A stretch of DNA of 64,000 nt from Phyllosticta citribraziliensis (lineage: Eukaryota): positions 248,001-312,000 of the forward strand of contig NW_027117342.1 of NCBI RefSeq assembly GCF_038025025.1. Reading direction: 5' to 3'. The notes beneath the pieces were generated by a model, which worked only from the letters and a program-made list of their open reading frames with translations, was not told where the DNA came from and searched no databases. This document shows positions 63,056-64,000 of the stretch, in pieces. Each line of letters begins with the position of its first letter. Position 1 is the stretch's first letter. Position numbers and translations under genes: made by a program.

Positions 63056-64000
63056 CCTGGCGGACTGGTGCGCACGGGAGTGGACAAGAAAAGAGAGAAA
63101 GAGAGAATCGAAGGAATGATGAGAAGGCAGAGATCCGAAGGACAGCTCGCCCTTTTGAGTCCGAATTCCTCCTCAATGCGCGGATGGACTAAGAGCACTT
63201 GAACCATTGTATCCAGTTTGAAGGAGGAGTATGAAGGGATAGAGATGACGAAAGCTGGACGAGAAAATTGGGAACACCATGTGCGAGAAACCACTTGAAT
63301 TGCGAGTGTGAAGAGAACATGGTGGCAATTGGCTGGCGAAATGCAAGCTGGCGGTCAAGTTGTAGAAATCGGAACATGGATGCTGCATTGGTGAAAATTC
63401 ACCTGAGAGATAGACATAGAGTTGCAAAATATCTTCTGAGCCTTCCATAAGAATTTGAATGCCTCTATGGACAAGCTGGACGAGGCGTGTCCACATGATC
63501 TGGGTATACGATAGCGGACTGCAGGAGCCTGAAGTTCAACCTGTGAACCCAATTCCCTGCAAAACCGTGCCTCTAATGGCGTCGAGTCGGCCGGTAGCGA
63601 GTGCCTGTACATGCGGGGCAGCATTCGATGCTCTGACACGAATTGGTGCTTTTTAGTCATAGACTGAGGTATCGTCAAGAAGGGAATTGACAGGGACCAA
63701 AGTTGCGAAGTGGAGGATTGTTTCTTGGCCGTTCTGGTTTCACGCGCTAGGCGCAATGTTTGCCCTGCAATCCAGGATAGTCGCGTCGTTATTTTCTTGC
63801 TTGTGAGATGCTTTCACATTCATCCTAGCTCTTTCTCTAGGTCACCACCATGATTCGACGAGGGAACATGGAAATCTCTTCATCGGCGTGCCTTTGTCGG
63901 TTGCAGAGGGAGCAGCGAGAGGGGAGGAGTGAGGGACCATGTGGGAGGGGAGAAGTGAGCTGGAAGAAGGGATGGACATGACTAAAAACCACGATAGAGC

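Overview
Intron-containing filamentous ascomycete genomic DNA (short GT-AG introns with CTRAC/CTRAT branch sites, GC-rich codons; Pezizomycotina, probably Dothideomycete by inference). No prokaryotic features, intact transposons, CRISPR arrays, tRNA or rRNA genes were seen. The window holds about 20 protein genes. A compact housekeeping block at 1-19 kb contains NUP49, FIP1, an NAD(P)-binding protein, PPH3/PP4c, a COA2-like protein, a Zip2/SHOC1-like protein, Hikeshi/OPI10, a NUDIX hydrolase, RPB8, ELP4, a small spliced membrane protein and SEN34. It is followed by the iron GATA factor SreA, TAO3/Furry, NADPH-P450 reductase, a two-RRM RNA-binding protein, a FAD1/MET5/TauD sulfur-flavin group, degenerate ORF-like DNA with a 225-bp-period duplication, and a ~1,920-aa cationic PAN/Apple repeat GPI protein. 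Features not shown by the ORF track: (1) a candidate box C/D snoRNA in SEN34 intron 1 with a perfect 15-nt guide to 18S rRNA at the site equivalent to human Um1288; (2) an 85-aa spliced single-pass membrane protein gene; (3) paired SreA sites and a CBC:HapX site upstream of sreA; (4) an AUG-free but in-frame, open multi-exon leader on the RRM gene; (5) a perfect heat-shock element upstream of Hikeshi. All family assignments come from recognising motifs by eye, not from database searches.
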